NCBI GenBank assembly: GCA_048013815.1
Contig: CM106586.1
Coordinates: 22,878,001-22,942,000 of the forward strand
DNA length: 64,000 nt
Reading direction: 5' to 3'
DNA from: Setoptus koraiensis
Taxonomy: Eukaryota; Animalia; Arthropoda
Shown here: piece after piece, positions 1 to 13,700 of the stretch
Position numbering within the stretch: position 1 is the stretch's first letter
Layout: every line of letters starts with the position of its first letter
Program-made: the position numbers and the translations under genes
Notes under the pieces: generated by a model
What the model saw: the letters and a program-made list of their open reading frames with translations, nothing else
What the model was told of the DNA's origin: nothing
The model's database searches: none

Positions 1-440
1 ACTGGGAGTGTGGAAATTTACATCTGGTTACTATTTGAACAGGGTTCCGATAAAAAGAGCGCTATATACTCTCGTTGGAATTGTCACACAACCTGCCGTC
101 TAATATGCATTATTTAGAATTGGTCATATGTCTTTATATGAAGTAATAATTGTCTATATAAACAGCATGATGATGCATGGATGTGCGCCAAATGTCCACT
201 CACAACACACATATCACAATCTCACAAGCCAAACAGCACACAACGCAAATCGAACAAGCTCACAGCTAATGCTGATTAACCACTCTTGATTCTGGAAATG
301 TTAGAGATTAACCTTTATGTATCCCTTATACGCATTGCTTAGACGCTCCGGTATATAAACGGAGCGCACACTTTAAATAAACCAGATTCTTGTGGGGGGG
401 TAAGGGAATGGGGGGGGGGGGGGGGAGTAGAAAAGATTGT

Positions 441-477
<37 letters not shown>

Positions 478-754
478 ATATAATAAAAAATATTATATTT
501 CAGGGGGGATCAGTAAAAGAATATAATAAATTTTTAAATAAATATGAGAATATTTAATTTAAGGGATTGGGGAGATTATGGATAGATATTATATATAATA
601 AAAAAAAATAGTTAATTATCTGAAATTTAATAAAGATTGGAGAGAAATTGTGTGAATATATATAGGGGGGGGGATATAATTATGTGGTAAGTAAGAAATA
701 GTAGGAAATTAGATGAATTGAAATGAAGGAAAATATAAAAAGTAAATAGATTGG

Positions 755-1254
755 NNNNNNNNNNNNNNNNNNNNNNNNNNNNNNNNNNNNNNNNNNNNNN
801 NNNNNNNNNNNNNNNNNNNNNNNNNNNNNNNNNNNNNNNNNNNNNNNNNNNNNNNNNNNNNNNNNNNNNNNNNNNNNNNNNNNNNNNNNNNNNNNNNNNN
901 NNNNNNNNNNNNNNNNNNNNNNNNNNNNNNNNNNNNNNNNNNNNNNNNNNNNNNNNNNNNNNNNNNNNNNNNNNNNNNNNNNNNNNNNNNNNNNNNNNNN
1001 NNNNNNNNNNNNNNNNNNNNNNNNNNNNNNNNNNNNNNNNNNNNNNNNNNNNNNNNNNNNNNNNNNNNNNNNNNNNNNNNNNNNNNNNNNNNNNNNNNNN
1101 NNNNNNNNNNNNNNNNNNNNNNNNNNNNNNNNNNNNNNNNNNNNNNNNNNNNNNNNNNNNNNNNNNNNNNNNNNNNNNNNNNNNNNNNNNNNNNNNNNNN
1201 NNNNNNNNNNNNNNNNNNNNNNNNNNNNNNNNNNNNNNNNNNNNNNNNNNNNNN
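755..1254. other. Assembly gap (500 N)
   Basis: Run of exactly 500 N. It is the same size as the second gap, so it is a placeholder and not a size estimate. Confidence 0.99.
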
Positions 1255-1255
1255 T

Positions 1256-1927
<672 letters not shown>

Positions 1928-2273
1928 ATTGAGTCGAAATTTTCAATTATCGCTACTAGGATTATTACTACCTTACAGAAAAGAAATTTAAACGAGATAA
2001 ATAAAGCGGCACCACGATGGAGTAAGAAGTTATATATCATAAACGACAGTTTAAATCGAATAGGAGCATTGATTATCATTAAGTAACAAAAACAGCAAAA
2101 CAAAATAAAAACATGTTTCACCCCAAAACTAGTGGCAGAAAAATTTCAAAATTGTAGATTATACAACTCAAACACAACACAAATACGTATGTATTTATTA
2201 TAATATATATGTATATGTAAATGATGACTCGCATCCAACCCAAATAAAAGCTTACCATTAAGAAAAGAACTTC

Positions 2274-2723
2274 CTAATAGGCCACTCTTTTAATCAGTAG
2301 GTATATCTGTTTGTCTAATTCAAATCCGTGTAGATTGTTAGGATCCCCTTGTAGCCTCATCAATAGTCCACCAAATGAAGCAAAAGCGGCCAATCTTGTA
2401 GCATCGCTAGAGGCTTCGTCACCTTCTATCCTGTAAATTCTACCATTCATTATGTAATCAAAGTTATCAGCACGTGGTGATAATTGTAGCCTGGGTGTCC
2501 ACTCTGTATCATCGGTGTAAACATCCTCTGTTAAGGATGTGGTGATGGCCAATCGGAATTTCTCACCTAAACCTATGGGGTAGATTTGAGTGTTGAGATC
2601 TAATATGAGATCCATCTTGAAAGACTCACTCTCGCAATGGAATCTGCTAACCCGGTCGAATCGCTTGCCTTCTGGATCAATATCCTTCACATCAAAAATG
2701 TCCTCAAAAAGTAAAGTTGCCAT
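2274..2723 (-). CDS. POLR2H: RNA polymerase I/II/III shared subunit RPB8 (RPABC3), intronless, 149 aa
   Basis: [27 protein letters not shown]...[18 protein letters not shown] matches RPB8. The ATG at 2723 aligns with the conserved N-terminus and is preferred over the track start at 2795. Confidence 0.96.
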   Translation of the reverse strand: MATLLFEDIFDVKDIDPEGKRFDRVSRFHCESESFKMDLILDLNTQIYPIGLGEKFRLAITTSLTEDVYTDDTEWTPRLQLSPRADNFDYIMNGRIYRIEGDEASSDATRLAAFASFGGLLMRLQGDPNNLHGFELDKQIYLLIKRVAY

Positions 2724-3872
2724 ACCGAACTGTATATGAGTTGGAAACTTTTTGGAATCGGTGGTGAAATCTGCAGTGTCTTGATGCCTGTCCAATGAAA
2801 TGCCCTGAACGCTGTCTTTGCAATTGCTTCTCGATCAATATACAGACTGTATAACAGAGAGGAGTCGTAGTGTGTATGTTGCAAAAATGCTGATTGGTAA
2901 AAAGCACAAAGTGTGCATTAGAAAGCTTTTGCGCATGGCACAGAGCGCGTGTACAATGGTTTCTATACTGAATCTTGCAGCTCACGGACAGTCATGACAT
3001 ATTCTGTGCTTGTGCTCAGCACCCTAATATTGTTCGGTGTGGGTCAAATTAAACTAAAAACAGCGCGCATTTCAAACAGGAAAAAGATGCCAGTGATCGA
3101 GGGAGGGGGGAGAGTCCATCTCGGCGGTGACCTCCCACCTTCTCGCCCTCCTTTGCAAACGGGGTTCTCCCCGCTGACTAATGAGGACCAACTATTTACG
3201 TTCACTTTAATTTTATGTGATTTGATTGATTTGATCTATACTGTATCTACATCGTCGCACCCATCAATTCATCTCTTTCTCGCTCAAAGTCAAAAAGTCC
3301 CTTCCCGTGAGGTCCCAATTTGCGAACGGTGAGGAGGACATATAGCTCTCCCTCGCAGCTTCCTATTTTTAATCTGGCAGGTCCTCATTACCTTTCTGAA
3401 AATCTGCAGTAAAAGCCGGGAAGTCCAAGCGCGGGAGAGGCCGTCTCCCCACATCACCCAATCACTAAAAGATGACGCATTGACCATGGATTATGTCGAG
3501 CTTCACCAATAACATGCGTGCACCGTCAGTCGGGTCACACAAGGTAGGCGTGTGAACCGTCTGTGCCCGCAGCGGCTGTGACCACGAATACGGGATGTTG
3601 CGAAGCTAAACTGACAGTTATTTTAGGCAGTGTAGATCATACTAATGAATTATGTGATATCAATTTGTACTTATTTATTTTTTTCTTTTTCTCAATTTTC
3701 AACAGTTTTTCGCTACATACACATCAATTTATTCACCACGGATTGGAGAACATACAGATTTTAAATACTAATTTATTTTGATTCAGCAAGCATACAACAA
3801 CATTGACCAGCACCCATAAATCAAAACTATCTACAACTAACTAACCATTCACGACACACATATATTCACATA

Positions 3873-4517
3873 ATGCACTTGTCTAGTTATTACTCTAATT
3901 GTAAGAGTACCAATACCTGGACAGAAAAAGTAAATTTAATTGGAGAGAAAGTACTCAAACCTAGGATAAATTTTTGTGAATATTGCAATAAACCCATTCT
4001 TGTTTATGGTCGGCTCATTCCGTGTAAACATGTGTTTTGTTATGGTTGTGCAAATCTTTGCATAGCGGCAGCAACAACCAACAACAACCAATCTACTCCA
4101 AACACTAATGTTAGCAACAACAATCCTAACCAAAACAATGAATCCACAAACAACGCATCCTCAAATCCTAACATCCCCAATCAAAACACATGTCATAGGT
4201 GCGGCGGAAAGGCTTTAAGAATTGAGAGGAATGCTCTTGGCTCAGTTTTTGTATGTCAAGTCACCAATTGTCGAAGGACCTATCTAAGTGCCAGAGATCT
4301 TCAAGCGCATGTTACTCACAGACACAATAAGAATAGTAATCACAACACTGGTAATAGGAATAACGGAACAGGCCTATCAGCAGCCATTTCATCATCGCCC
4401 TTCATCTCGACGTCCTCGTTGAATCATCTCAGAGAACGAGAGCGTGATAGTAAAGAATATCATCGGCAGTCCTTACAGAGAGCGGCTCAATGGGCCGAAG
4501 CCAGTTTTAACAAATAA
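3873..4517 (+). CDS. CBLL1: Hakai-like RING/C2H2 E3 ligase (m6A writer-complex accessory subunit), 214 aa
   Basis: [26 protein letters not shown] ... CHRC...RIE...LGSVFVC...[19 protein letters not shown] is the Hakai RING plus HYB/C2H2 signature. Confidence 0.92.
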   Translation: MHLSSYYSNCKSTNTWTEKVNLIGEKVLKPRINFCEYCNKPILVYGRLIPCKHVFCYGCANLCIAAATTNNNQSTPNTNVSNNNPNQNNESTNNASSNPNIPNQNTCHRCGGKALRIERNALGSVFVCQVTNCRRTYLSARDLQAHVTHRHNKNSNHNTGNRNNGTGLSAAISSSPFISTSSLNHLRERERDSKEYHRQSLQRAAQWAEASFNK

Positions 4518-4788
4518 TATCTATTTTGAAAAAATTATCAACTGAAATTAATCTCAATCACTTCAAATCAAATATAGATAAATTGAAAAGTATCCAAAGT
4601 GTATATTAGAGGCAGCATATATTAATAAATTATCTGTCATGAGATGTTTGGAATGAATCGAGCTTTAATATAATCTATCCATGAAGCACCCTAATCTTGA
4701 GGAGCGCATGGCCGAACCAATTCTAACATCAAACTGTGATCGGCTGATCGATTGATTTTCTCATTGTCTCGTTCTTCTTTTGTTCGTC

Positions 4789-7700
4789 TTATGACAGTAG
4801 ACCTCTCTTCCAAGTTGGTTTACCGCCCGTGTTTTCTTTATTATTACTTCCGAGACTTCTCAAGGATTTTTCTTTTTGTTTCAACTTTTCCTTCTGACTC
4901 TCTCGTTGCTTCTTCTCTAGTATTTTCTTTTCTTTCTCAATTTCGGCCCTCATTTCTCTAATCTTCTTTTTAAGTAGATTTCTGTCATTTGAGTTGAGAA
5001 CACCCAAGCCTTTTAAGACAGTGCTATCTAGATTAATCAGAGACTGCCCATTGACGTTGCGGTCCTCAAATTTTGATATATATTGATCCAGTCCCAACGC
5101 GAGTAACCAAGTGCTGACTTGAGTGGTTGTCCATTCCGATACTAAACGCAATAAAATAATTAAAATAAGAAGCAAAGTTAGAAAAGAATAAACTTATAGG
5201 TATAGGGAATGAGAGGTATCGTCATATAATAGTTACCTGGCTTCTCATGCCACTCAACTGTTTCATATGGAACTTGAATATTGCTGACCGGAACGAAATT
5301 TGATGAGCTAGCCGAAGAAATTGGCAGATTGGATCGCTGTTGACTAAGTTGTGACTTAGAGCTTGATGCGCTAATTGTTAAGTTTGTATCACCCATAGGT
5401 AGATTACTACTTGTTGAGGCGCCCATAGGTCCTACAAAAGATAAACTATTGAGTGAAGCCGAGGAGGTATAGGAATTCACTGAATCTGGCGGAGATGGCT
5501 GGTGTAATGAGAGGCGATTATGAGCGATTTTAGATATATTTGAGCTGTTTATCATTATGGGCGCTTGGCTATGGCGATTGCTTGACTGTACAATGGACAC
5601 ATTTGTTTGTTGTTGTTGCTTTGTTGTTGGACAAATTGTCGAATCAATTTGACGTTGGTCATATTGGTTGTTACCATTTGATGCACTCATTGTTGAGGCT
5701 ATAGAGGACATCCGTTGGATCACATTAAATTTAGTTGGATTTTGTTGCAGTTGTGTTGTTGGGATGGCTGTGGTTGCATGTTGCAACAGATTATTTTGAC
5801 TATCAGTAGTGATCTGATGATGATCAGTTAATATATTATCACTTATTAGACTCAATGAAGTAGGTTCAAAGGAGTTTGAAATGACCTCATGATCATTATT
5901 ATTATTGTGTCCCAACCCATCACTAGTCAGTAGATTAATTGAATGATGATTCATATTATCATCAAGCTGACTCGTCATGATATGATGATCTGAGAGCCGA
6001 GATCCAGTTGGTTGTTGTTGCATTGCCATGTCCTCCATTCCTACCATAGTTGAGCAACTTGTTGTACCCTGAAGTGATTTGGCCGTCTGGTCGAACACGT
6101 CAGGAATATTGATATGCTGTCTGAGTATATTTAGAACACGTTGTCGTATCTCAGGATTTCCTGTTTTTTTATTATAATCGCTTAGAACGGCTCTCAGGCA
6201 GCTTTGTGCCCCAAACGAAGTGTTCGTTTCGGCGACGGATTGATATGGATTATTTGGTGTGGCTATAGGTGTTCGATTCGCACCTGAATTTGATTTATTC
6301 TGTTCCATTTGTTCTAGTTTTGAGCTAAGAGAAGCAACAAAAGAGCTCAGTTCATTTTCTATTTCGTCAATTTTTTGTTGATAAATCTGTTCGCGTCGAC
6401 TAAAACTTTGTTCTCTCAACTGCATCTCTTTAATAATCTTCTTCGCCCGGTGATATTTCTTTTCCAAGAGTTGACTTGAATCTTTAAATTCATTCAATTT
6501 GGCAACATGCTGATCTGACTCGTCTTTAATCGCTTGCATACGTTGACCTAGATTAGCTATTTCCTCTTTATTAGCGCTTATTGTTTCGTCCATAGATTTT
6601 ATTTGGATTGCATGATCACTTTTTGCGCAATCAAGATCTTTAACTACTTGATAGTACTGTCCTTGGAGGTCGCGCATATTCTGTTCGAGAATTTGCTTCA
6701 TTTTGGCCTCCTGCTCTAGGAACTCAATTCGAAGCTTCCTGGAATCATCTTCAGACATAACGTGAGGTTGTTGTAGTCGCTGATGTTGTTGGTCATCCTC
6801 ATTAGATTGCTTATCAAAACCTATAAGATTTTTCGTACAGGGGAAGAACATGGACATTATTGGTGATTAGAAAATCAAGAAACTCATGAGAGTGGGTAGA
6901 GGCACAGTAATAAGCAAGCAATTGTGCAGATTAGTTCAGAGCAATTTTTTTATTCAAGATCAAGTTCGAAAAAGATGTAGAGGATAGACTAAAGATAGAC
7001 AGTTCTAGGTGAATGAATAATGAACGCCCCCACTAATTCAGTTGTTCTGTCAGTTGATTTTGTTACAGATGACGATCATGGGAAACGATGGTTTCGTTAG
7101 AGGCTTAGTATATGTTTCGTATCACACGATAGGCAGGGCCAGTTTCAGGGAGAGAAAAAACACAATATGAGGATAGCAAATGGAATAGAACGATCTACAT
7201 AGAAGTAGTTTGGACGTTATCAAACTCAAGCTATTCCACTATCAGATACACCTAAACTTGAGGTCGCGTCGTATGTGATGCGACATATAGATGAGAGATG
7301 GACCATTTCCGATATACATGTAAACATCGACATAAAAACAGGAGTAAGATTGATACATTTACTAGACTTCGGAAAGTATTTTATGATTGATGCAACTGAG
7401 TTGTCGAGATTGGGTTAGCATAGTTGATTCATCTGTGAATCTGAGATGCAGCAAATGAAGTATAGTCGAAGGACATGACAGCATAAATTGCACCATGGCC
7501 ACCGATGATGACAACAATCGGTGGCATTGTAGAATGCAAATTATATTCACTTCAACTAGACAGTTTCCAACTCTTATGGTCATAATGTCCATCGATGTTG
7601 TTGTACAATTGACTCAAGACAGACTAAAAATAGAGTGTCAGAATTACCGCTTTAGAGCACAATAGTCCTCCACGCGCATCTGATACAACGCCTCCACTAA

Positions 7701-10700
7701 TTTGAGTCACAATTTGGTCTAATCAGTAAAGTGACTTGCTGAGGGAGTCAATCAAAACAATAGTTGTTAATACACTTTCACCCATCTACTGAATCTATTC
7801 TTGACTGATAACAAAGATAACAATATCAACACTTTGCGTGTGTCCAATCTATCTTGGTACCACTGTAACGAAATGAGGATACCCACTAATAAAGGTCAAT
7901 ATGTGAGCGTGATCAAAAACAAAAAGATGTAGCTCGCTAGAGAACACACAGCAAACAAGTGTCTCTTGTATTTAGAATAATTGTGCGTGTGTGTGTAATA
8001 AGGGTAGTGCCAAGTTTAGATTGAGCAACGACAACTGTTAAACAAATTTTCTTTACACTTATTGCAGATGCACTTGTTGCTTTCATTAGGAACACCACCA
8101 CCACCACTACCATCATCAACAACAAACAAACAAACAGACAAATCGGGCCAACTGACTGGCTTGTTCAACTAGAGCTCGACTCAAAAGAGATAGTAATCTG
8201 CGATCATTCGGAAAGTTGTGGCCGCCCACGTATTGTAGGCGGCAAGTAGCAACAACTTCTTTCAACCTCTCTGTTCTGGCAGCTTGGCAGAGTTTAGATC
8301 GTGGTCGGTGTTAGTAGTACGTAGTGTGGTAGTTAATATTATCATAAAATTGACTGAGTATTATAACTAGTAGACTTAAACTATTAACTGCTTAACCCAT
8401 TCTCTCTGTCATCCTTTTAAGGAGACGCAGATGACTAAGACATGAACGATTAGGGTAGAGAAAAAAATGTGATATCATGCTTAAATTCAATAACTGTCTA
8501 AAAGAGAAAGTTTTTGCTTTTTAGCAAACACAACGAATGTTCAACCGAACGAGCTGGTCTAAGTCTACGGTCTAGTCATAACAACATATGTTCAATGTGT
8601 GAGTTTCTTAACTGCGCGATCTTGAAAACCACACTATTCACCCCAGTAGCGAGTGGTAATAATTAGTTAGAATTGTTGCTGAACAAATAAGCACCAATTC
8701 GAAAGAAGTTTGAGTTCAACAAAAATGTCTGCCTGCCTCCTTTGTAGGAGAAGTCAATCAAAACCGCAATCTCTTCTACCTCTTGTATCTCTTTCAATGT
8801 TCCTCATCTCTTGAAACAATTTCGGCCATTCATTTCTCTCATCTAATCTGTTTAGTATTCAAAATAATTGTCGTTCGAAGCTGAGAATGAAAAAATCATT
8901 GCAAATACCTCAATAATACACACAGATGTGACACAAAGTAGATGGTCATCAATGTATGCATTGTGTGCAATCCAAAATGAAAAACATCTATAAAGAATCA
9001 GTTCTCATTAACAATAGTAAATCAGAACCTCATAGAACAAGTTGTAATTAATCATCAACTCACACGATTAGTAAAGATAGGGATGCCAAATTGCACAGCA
9101 AATTCCTTAGAAAAAAATGCAACCACCCCATGATATGTTTCGAGACCATCAGAGAGAACATGCCGATAAATCACAGTTCGATCGAGATTCACACACAATA
9201 GCTCAAAAGCAAAAAGTTTCAAAAATTGCCAAAACATGTTTACTAGCCGATAAGACTACGAAGACTGAGAAGATGGTAAGTGGTACTAGTGAATCGGAAT
9301 CGATCCCTAATCACTAAAACATTTCGTGTGTATCGCGTATGCAAATATATTAATCATGAAGTTCTATCTTTTTTTTTGCACTAAATTTATAAACAAAACA
9401 ACAATCTCTAGCAGCCTTCCGATCTCGTTTCTCACAACACTCACAAAGAGGCCCTGTTGAGATGGGCACAAACAACCACTGAAGGATACTTCGACGTAAA
9501 AGTGACCAACATGACCTCTAGCTGGAGAGATGGTCTTGCGTTCAATTCAATCATTCATCGCAACAGACCTGACCTGATTGACTACCGAGCTTGCCGAAAT
9601 CATACGGCTAGAGAAAATCTAGAGAGTGCTTTTCATGTAGCTCAACACCAACTGGGTATTAAACGCCTTTTAGAGCCTCAAGATGTTGATTTGTCTCGAC
9701 CAGACGAGAAATCAATGATTGCCTACTTGGGTCAACTTTATCGACTCTTTCCAAAGCCACCATCATCAACATCGTGTAACAGTCTATTATTAGATGATAA
9801 CGATGATGGAAAAATCAAGCGTATCGGTGAATCCAACAAAAAGCACACTGCTAGTCGATTATTAAATTGCATCAAGGAGTCAACAGTTAAACTTGATACA
9901 ACAAACAGATTGATAGTCACGATAAGTAAATCGCTACAACCGATTTGCATGCTGTTAGCATTACTTTTTCTAACGATAACTCCGTGTGCAGTAACGGCCA
10001 TTGATCAAATCAATTCAACAGCGCCCAGCTCTCCCGATGCCAACAACAACAGACTTAGCTTAGAGGATGCCGTTAACTTGCCAACAATTCATACAATCAA
10101 TAACAACAACAACAATAGTCCTATTGATACAACGAATTCAACTAGCATAGACGCCATTGTTAATTCGGCTTTTGACGACGTTAACACAACCACCAACAGC
10201 AACGATAAAAATAACACTAATAATAACAATGATGTTCCATCATACTTGACTCCATTTGCTGGACTAAGCCCAATGAACACGGGAATTAATTCAGATATAC
10301 CTCCGCCTGAGGATAAGCAAAGAACTCTGGAAGTTGTTAGACAGGCGCACCAAAACCTATTAGAGCCAGTGATAAAGACAAACAAGTCCAGCTCCTTCCT
10401 ATCTTGTGAAACAGGCGAAATGATAGTTAAAATAAATTTCACTGAACCATTCCGTGGAGTAGCCTATGCAGATTATGATCGTTCATCGCCATGCAAATTT
10501 TTCGGCGATGGCGGCGACTATTATGAGTTACGTTTACCTTTGAAAGGCTGCGGAACTAAACAAGAAGCGCCAAGATTGTTTTTAAATAACATTATAGTTA
10601 GATATCATCGTCTGTTAGAGCTGGAAGAGGACGAAATCAAAACAATTGTGTGCCGTTATCCACCACCCCAGGCACCGCCACCACCCCCTCCACCGGTGGG

Positions 10701-13700
10701 TCCACCCGAGAGAATGTAAGTGTTTATGCATGGCAATGCAGCCTGTTTCAGGTGAATTCAACATGCTATTCAGCATTCGACAATTACAAACAATAGAATG
10801 ATTCAATGCTAGTTGATAAATTAGTTGATTAGCATCATCATGAAGAGAGCCTGTTCCGAGTGAAGCAGCAACAATTAGTTCGCATGACTTAATGATCCAG
10901 ATGTCAATTCTTTCTTTAGGTGACTTGATGCACCACAAGTTGCATCTAAACTTGATATTATCGAGAGTCTAAGATCAAGATAATGTGAAAAAGATTGTGA
11001 GTGATCCATGTGAGCTATGCGTGTTCTAGTAGCGTGATAGTTCTATGATCTCATCATTTGGTATATTTGTTTGCCATTTGCATTTTCTGTCTGTAGATTA
11101 GCACGACTGACCATAGGTGTAGATTAGTATTCTCCTCAAATGGCCTATTGAATATGGGATCAGTCATTGGCTCGAGTCTATGTCACTCCACTAAGTTTTT
11201 TGATGATGATCAGAAGATTGCGAGCATAGATTCTTTCGCTGAATCGTATGTAAATAGGCAAACATGTATCCTAGATAGGACATATGATGATAATCTGTTG
11301 ATGATGCTTGGCTGTTTGCACCGAGCATGTAATCACATTGTTATGTGGCTAACAACAAGTTACCACTCAAATAGGACAAAAAAGTTTACTATTCTCGAGA
11401 TCCCATATAAGCTTGACCGCCGATGGTGCGTAGAAGAAAGTGGAAACAAGATCATCAACTTGAATGATTACCATCATTGTCCCCCGGACGCGTTTGACAT
11501 AATCATGACTAGACACGATTGGTGTGTGAGTAAAACCGCTGATATAGTTGGCAAGATTCTAACATTCACATTACTCTCACACTTGTCAGTCATTCAGAGT
11601 CTCCTAGTTTTCTAGGAGAATGATATTAACTTGATAATTGTCCATGTTAAACGCAGACAAGTTTAGGAAGCTGGCATCGCGGTCTCCTCTAAATTATGAG
11701 TTCATTATGAAGAGGGCGAGCTTGACCATTGACCAGATGGAGTTAACTTGAATTGTAGGAGTTAACAACAATTAACGTATATTTAATTGTATCCCACTTA
11801 GTTTGATGATAATCACTGCATAGGGACAATCATGAGTTAACAACAACTGCCTTCAGTGCAGTCTCATGAAATTGCTTAGAATAATAATTATATCTGCTAA
11901 TTTCAATTTTCTTCCTATTCTATGATGACAGTATTGATGCACCACCTGAGCCGGCCAAATTAACACAGTATGAACCGTTGGTCATTATTGCGGGCCTGCT
12001 ATTTTTCACTCTCATGATGCTGGGACTGGGCACGGGCTCCTATCTGGTTAAGAGGCGTAATATCAAACCTGTACACACTCCATTGCCACCGCCTCCATTA
12101 ATGGGCCAAACTGATCATGAGACCTATCTGGACAATCAATCGATAATAACCACTCAAGATATTGACATTATAAACAAAAACACTCTATTCTATGCTCAAC
12201 CTCATCTTGATACTCAATACTTGGATGAAACATTCGTGACTACAACTCATGAAATAGACACTCATGATGATATTACACATCACACTGATACAAAGTATTT
12301 TAGACCATTAGATGTGGGCACACAAGATTTAGAAGACACTTATATCACGAATCACGAAGAAACAACTACAAAAGATGTAAACACTTTGACAAAGTTGACA
12401 CCTATGCCCAAATATTTGGTCAAAAACATTGAAGACACATTTATAACAAAGGTGGACGAGATAGACGAAACAGAGCACTTTAGTACTTTGCACAGGAAAA
12501 AAATTAAAAAACAACAGCCACAGCAAGTTACCTTAAGCAGAACTATGGTAGATGAAACAAAGAGAATAACGGATGATATTACAACTCTTAGTGATACAAT
12601 AACAAGACTAGAGAATATACCCAAACCTATAAAACCTGTATTAACAACTACCGATCAATTTAAACATTTACAAACTATTGTAGATATATTCAAGGAAACT
12701 CACTCTACTGAAGAAACAACAACAACAACTTTTGAACAATCTAGTAGTAGTAATTATGATTCTAGTGTTACAAGAAATAATGTAACTGATGGTCTGAGAA
12801 AGAGATTTGGGCCAAAAATAAGCAGAATGCCCCATTACGATAGAACAACATTGCGTACCCTTTTGATAGAAGATGAAGCATTTAGGTCGCTAGTTATGGA
12901 GACTAGCGATGATCATACTTTAATACCCAGCATCAGACAAAATCCAGATTACACCAATAAATTGACAATAGACACATGGAATCTATTTGAGGAGATAATT
13001 GAGGAGACCTGCTATACACTTAAACATTATCGCCATCATGATACCAGGCTGGAGGAAATGACTTATCACGAGGAGTCCAAAGCTCAAATCTACGAGCGAA
13101 TTGGACAGCAGCAACATTATTATAATTATGATCATGTCAAACAACTACCACCATATGATCATGTCGCAGATCCGGATTTTGATTCGAGAACTTATACCAA
13201 ATCAAGTGGTGAGTCCGAGTCACGCGAAAGCTTATCTCCAGAGCCGTTGAGAAGAATAAAAGGAAGACGTGAAGAGCGACCGACTTATACTTCGTCATCT
13301 AGTGTGCTGAAATACGAACAGCAAAATATTGATAGATTCAAGAAACCTAGCGCCTCGATACCCTCGTTACTTTCAGATCCTGACTTTCAGCCACAAACAT
13401 TTGATGGCGATAACAGTGATGAAGCCTCTATTCCAGACTATGGTGATAATTTGTTTGATGAACCGGCATCATTAAATTCAATTGTGCAGCACCACCAGCC
13501 AACATCGAAAGAAATGTACAGTTATCGCAACAAGGCGTATGTGAATGAAGAGCGACAATATATGGCATCGCCAACAACATCTCACAATAATCATAATGGA
13601 TCAGATAATTATTCTTCTAGACATAAAAGCTCCCATGAATTTCGTGATGAATCACTCGAGCCTACGTTTAGACATCATGCTGATGATAGAGACATCACAA

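Noticed and set aside
380-754. Poly-G runs and noisy A/G/T sequence before the first gap (possible G-quadruplex)
   Set aside because: It sits at a contig end and looks like low-quality base calls; it cannot be treated as real sequence.
2724-2795. 24-aa N-terminal extension of RPB8 in the ORF track
   Set aside because: It starts at a non-ATG codon, and the ATG at 2723 matches the conserved N-terminus.
3290-3600. RNase P/MRP or HDV-like ribozyme assignment for the structured island
   Set aside because: Only partial CR-I-like words are present. No convincing CR-V/P4 partner and no complete HDV P1-P1.1-P3 set were found, so it is kept as an unassigned candidate.
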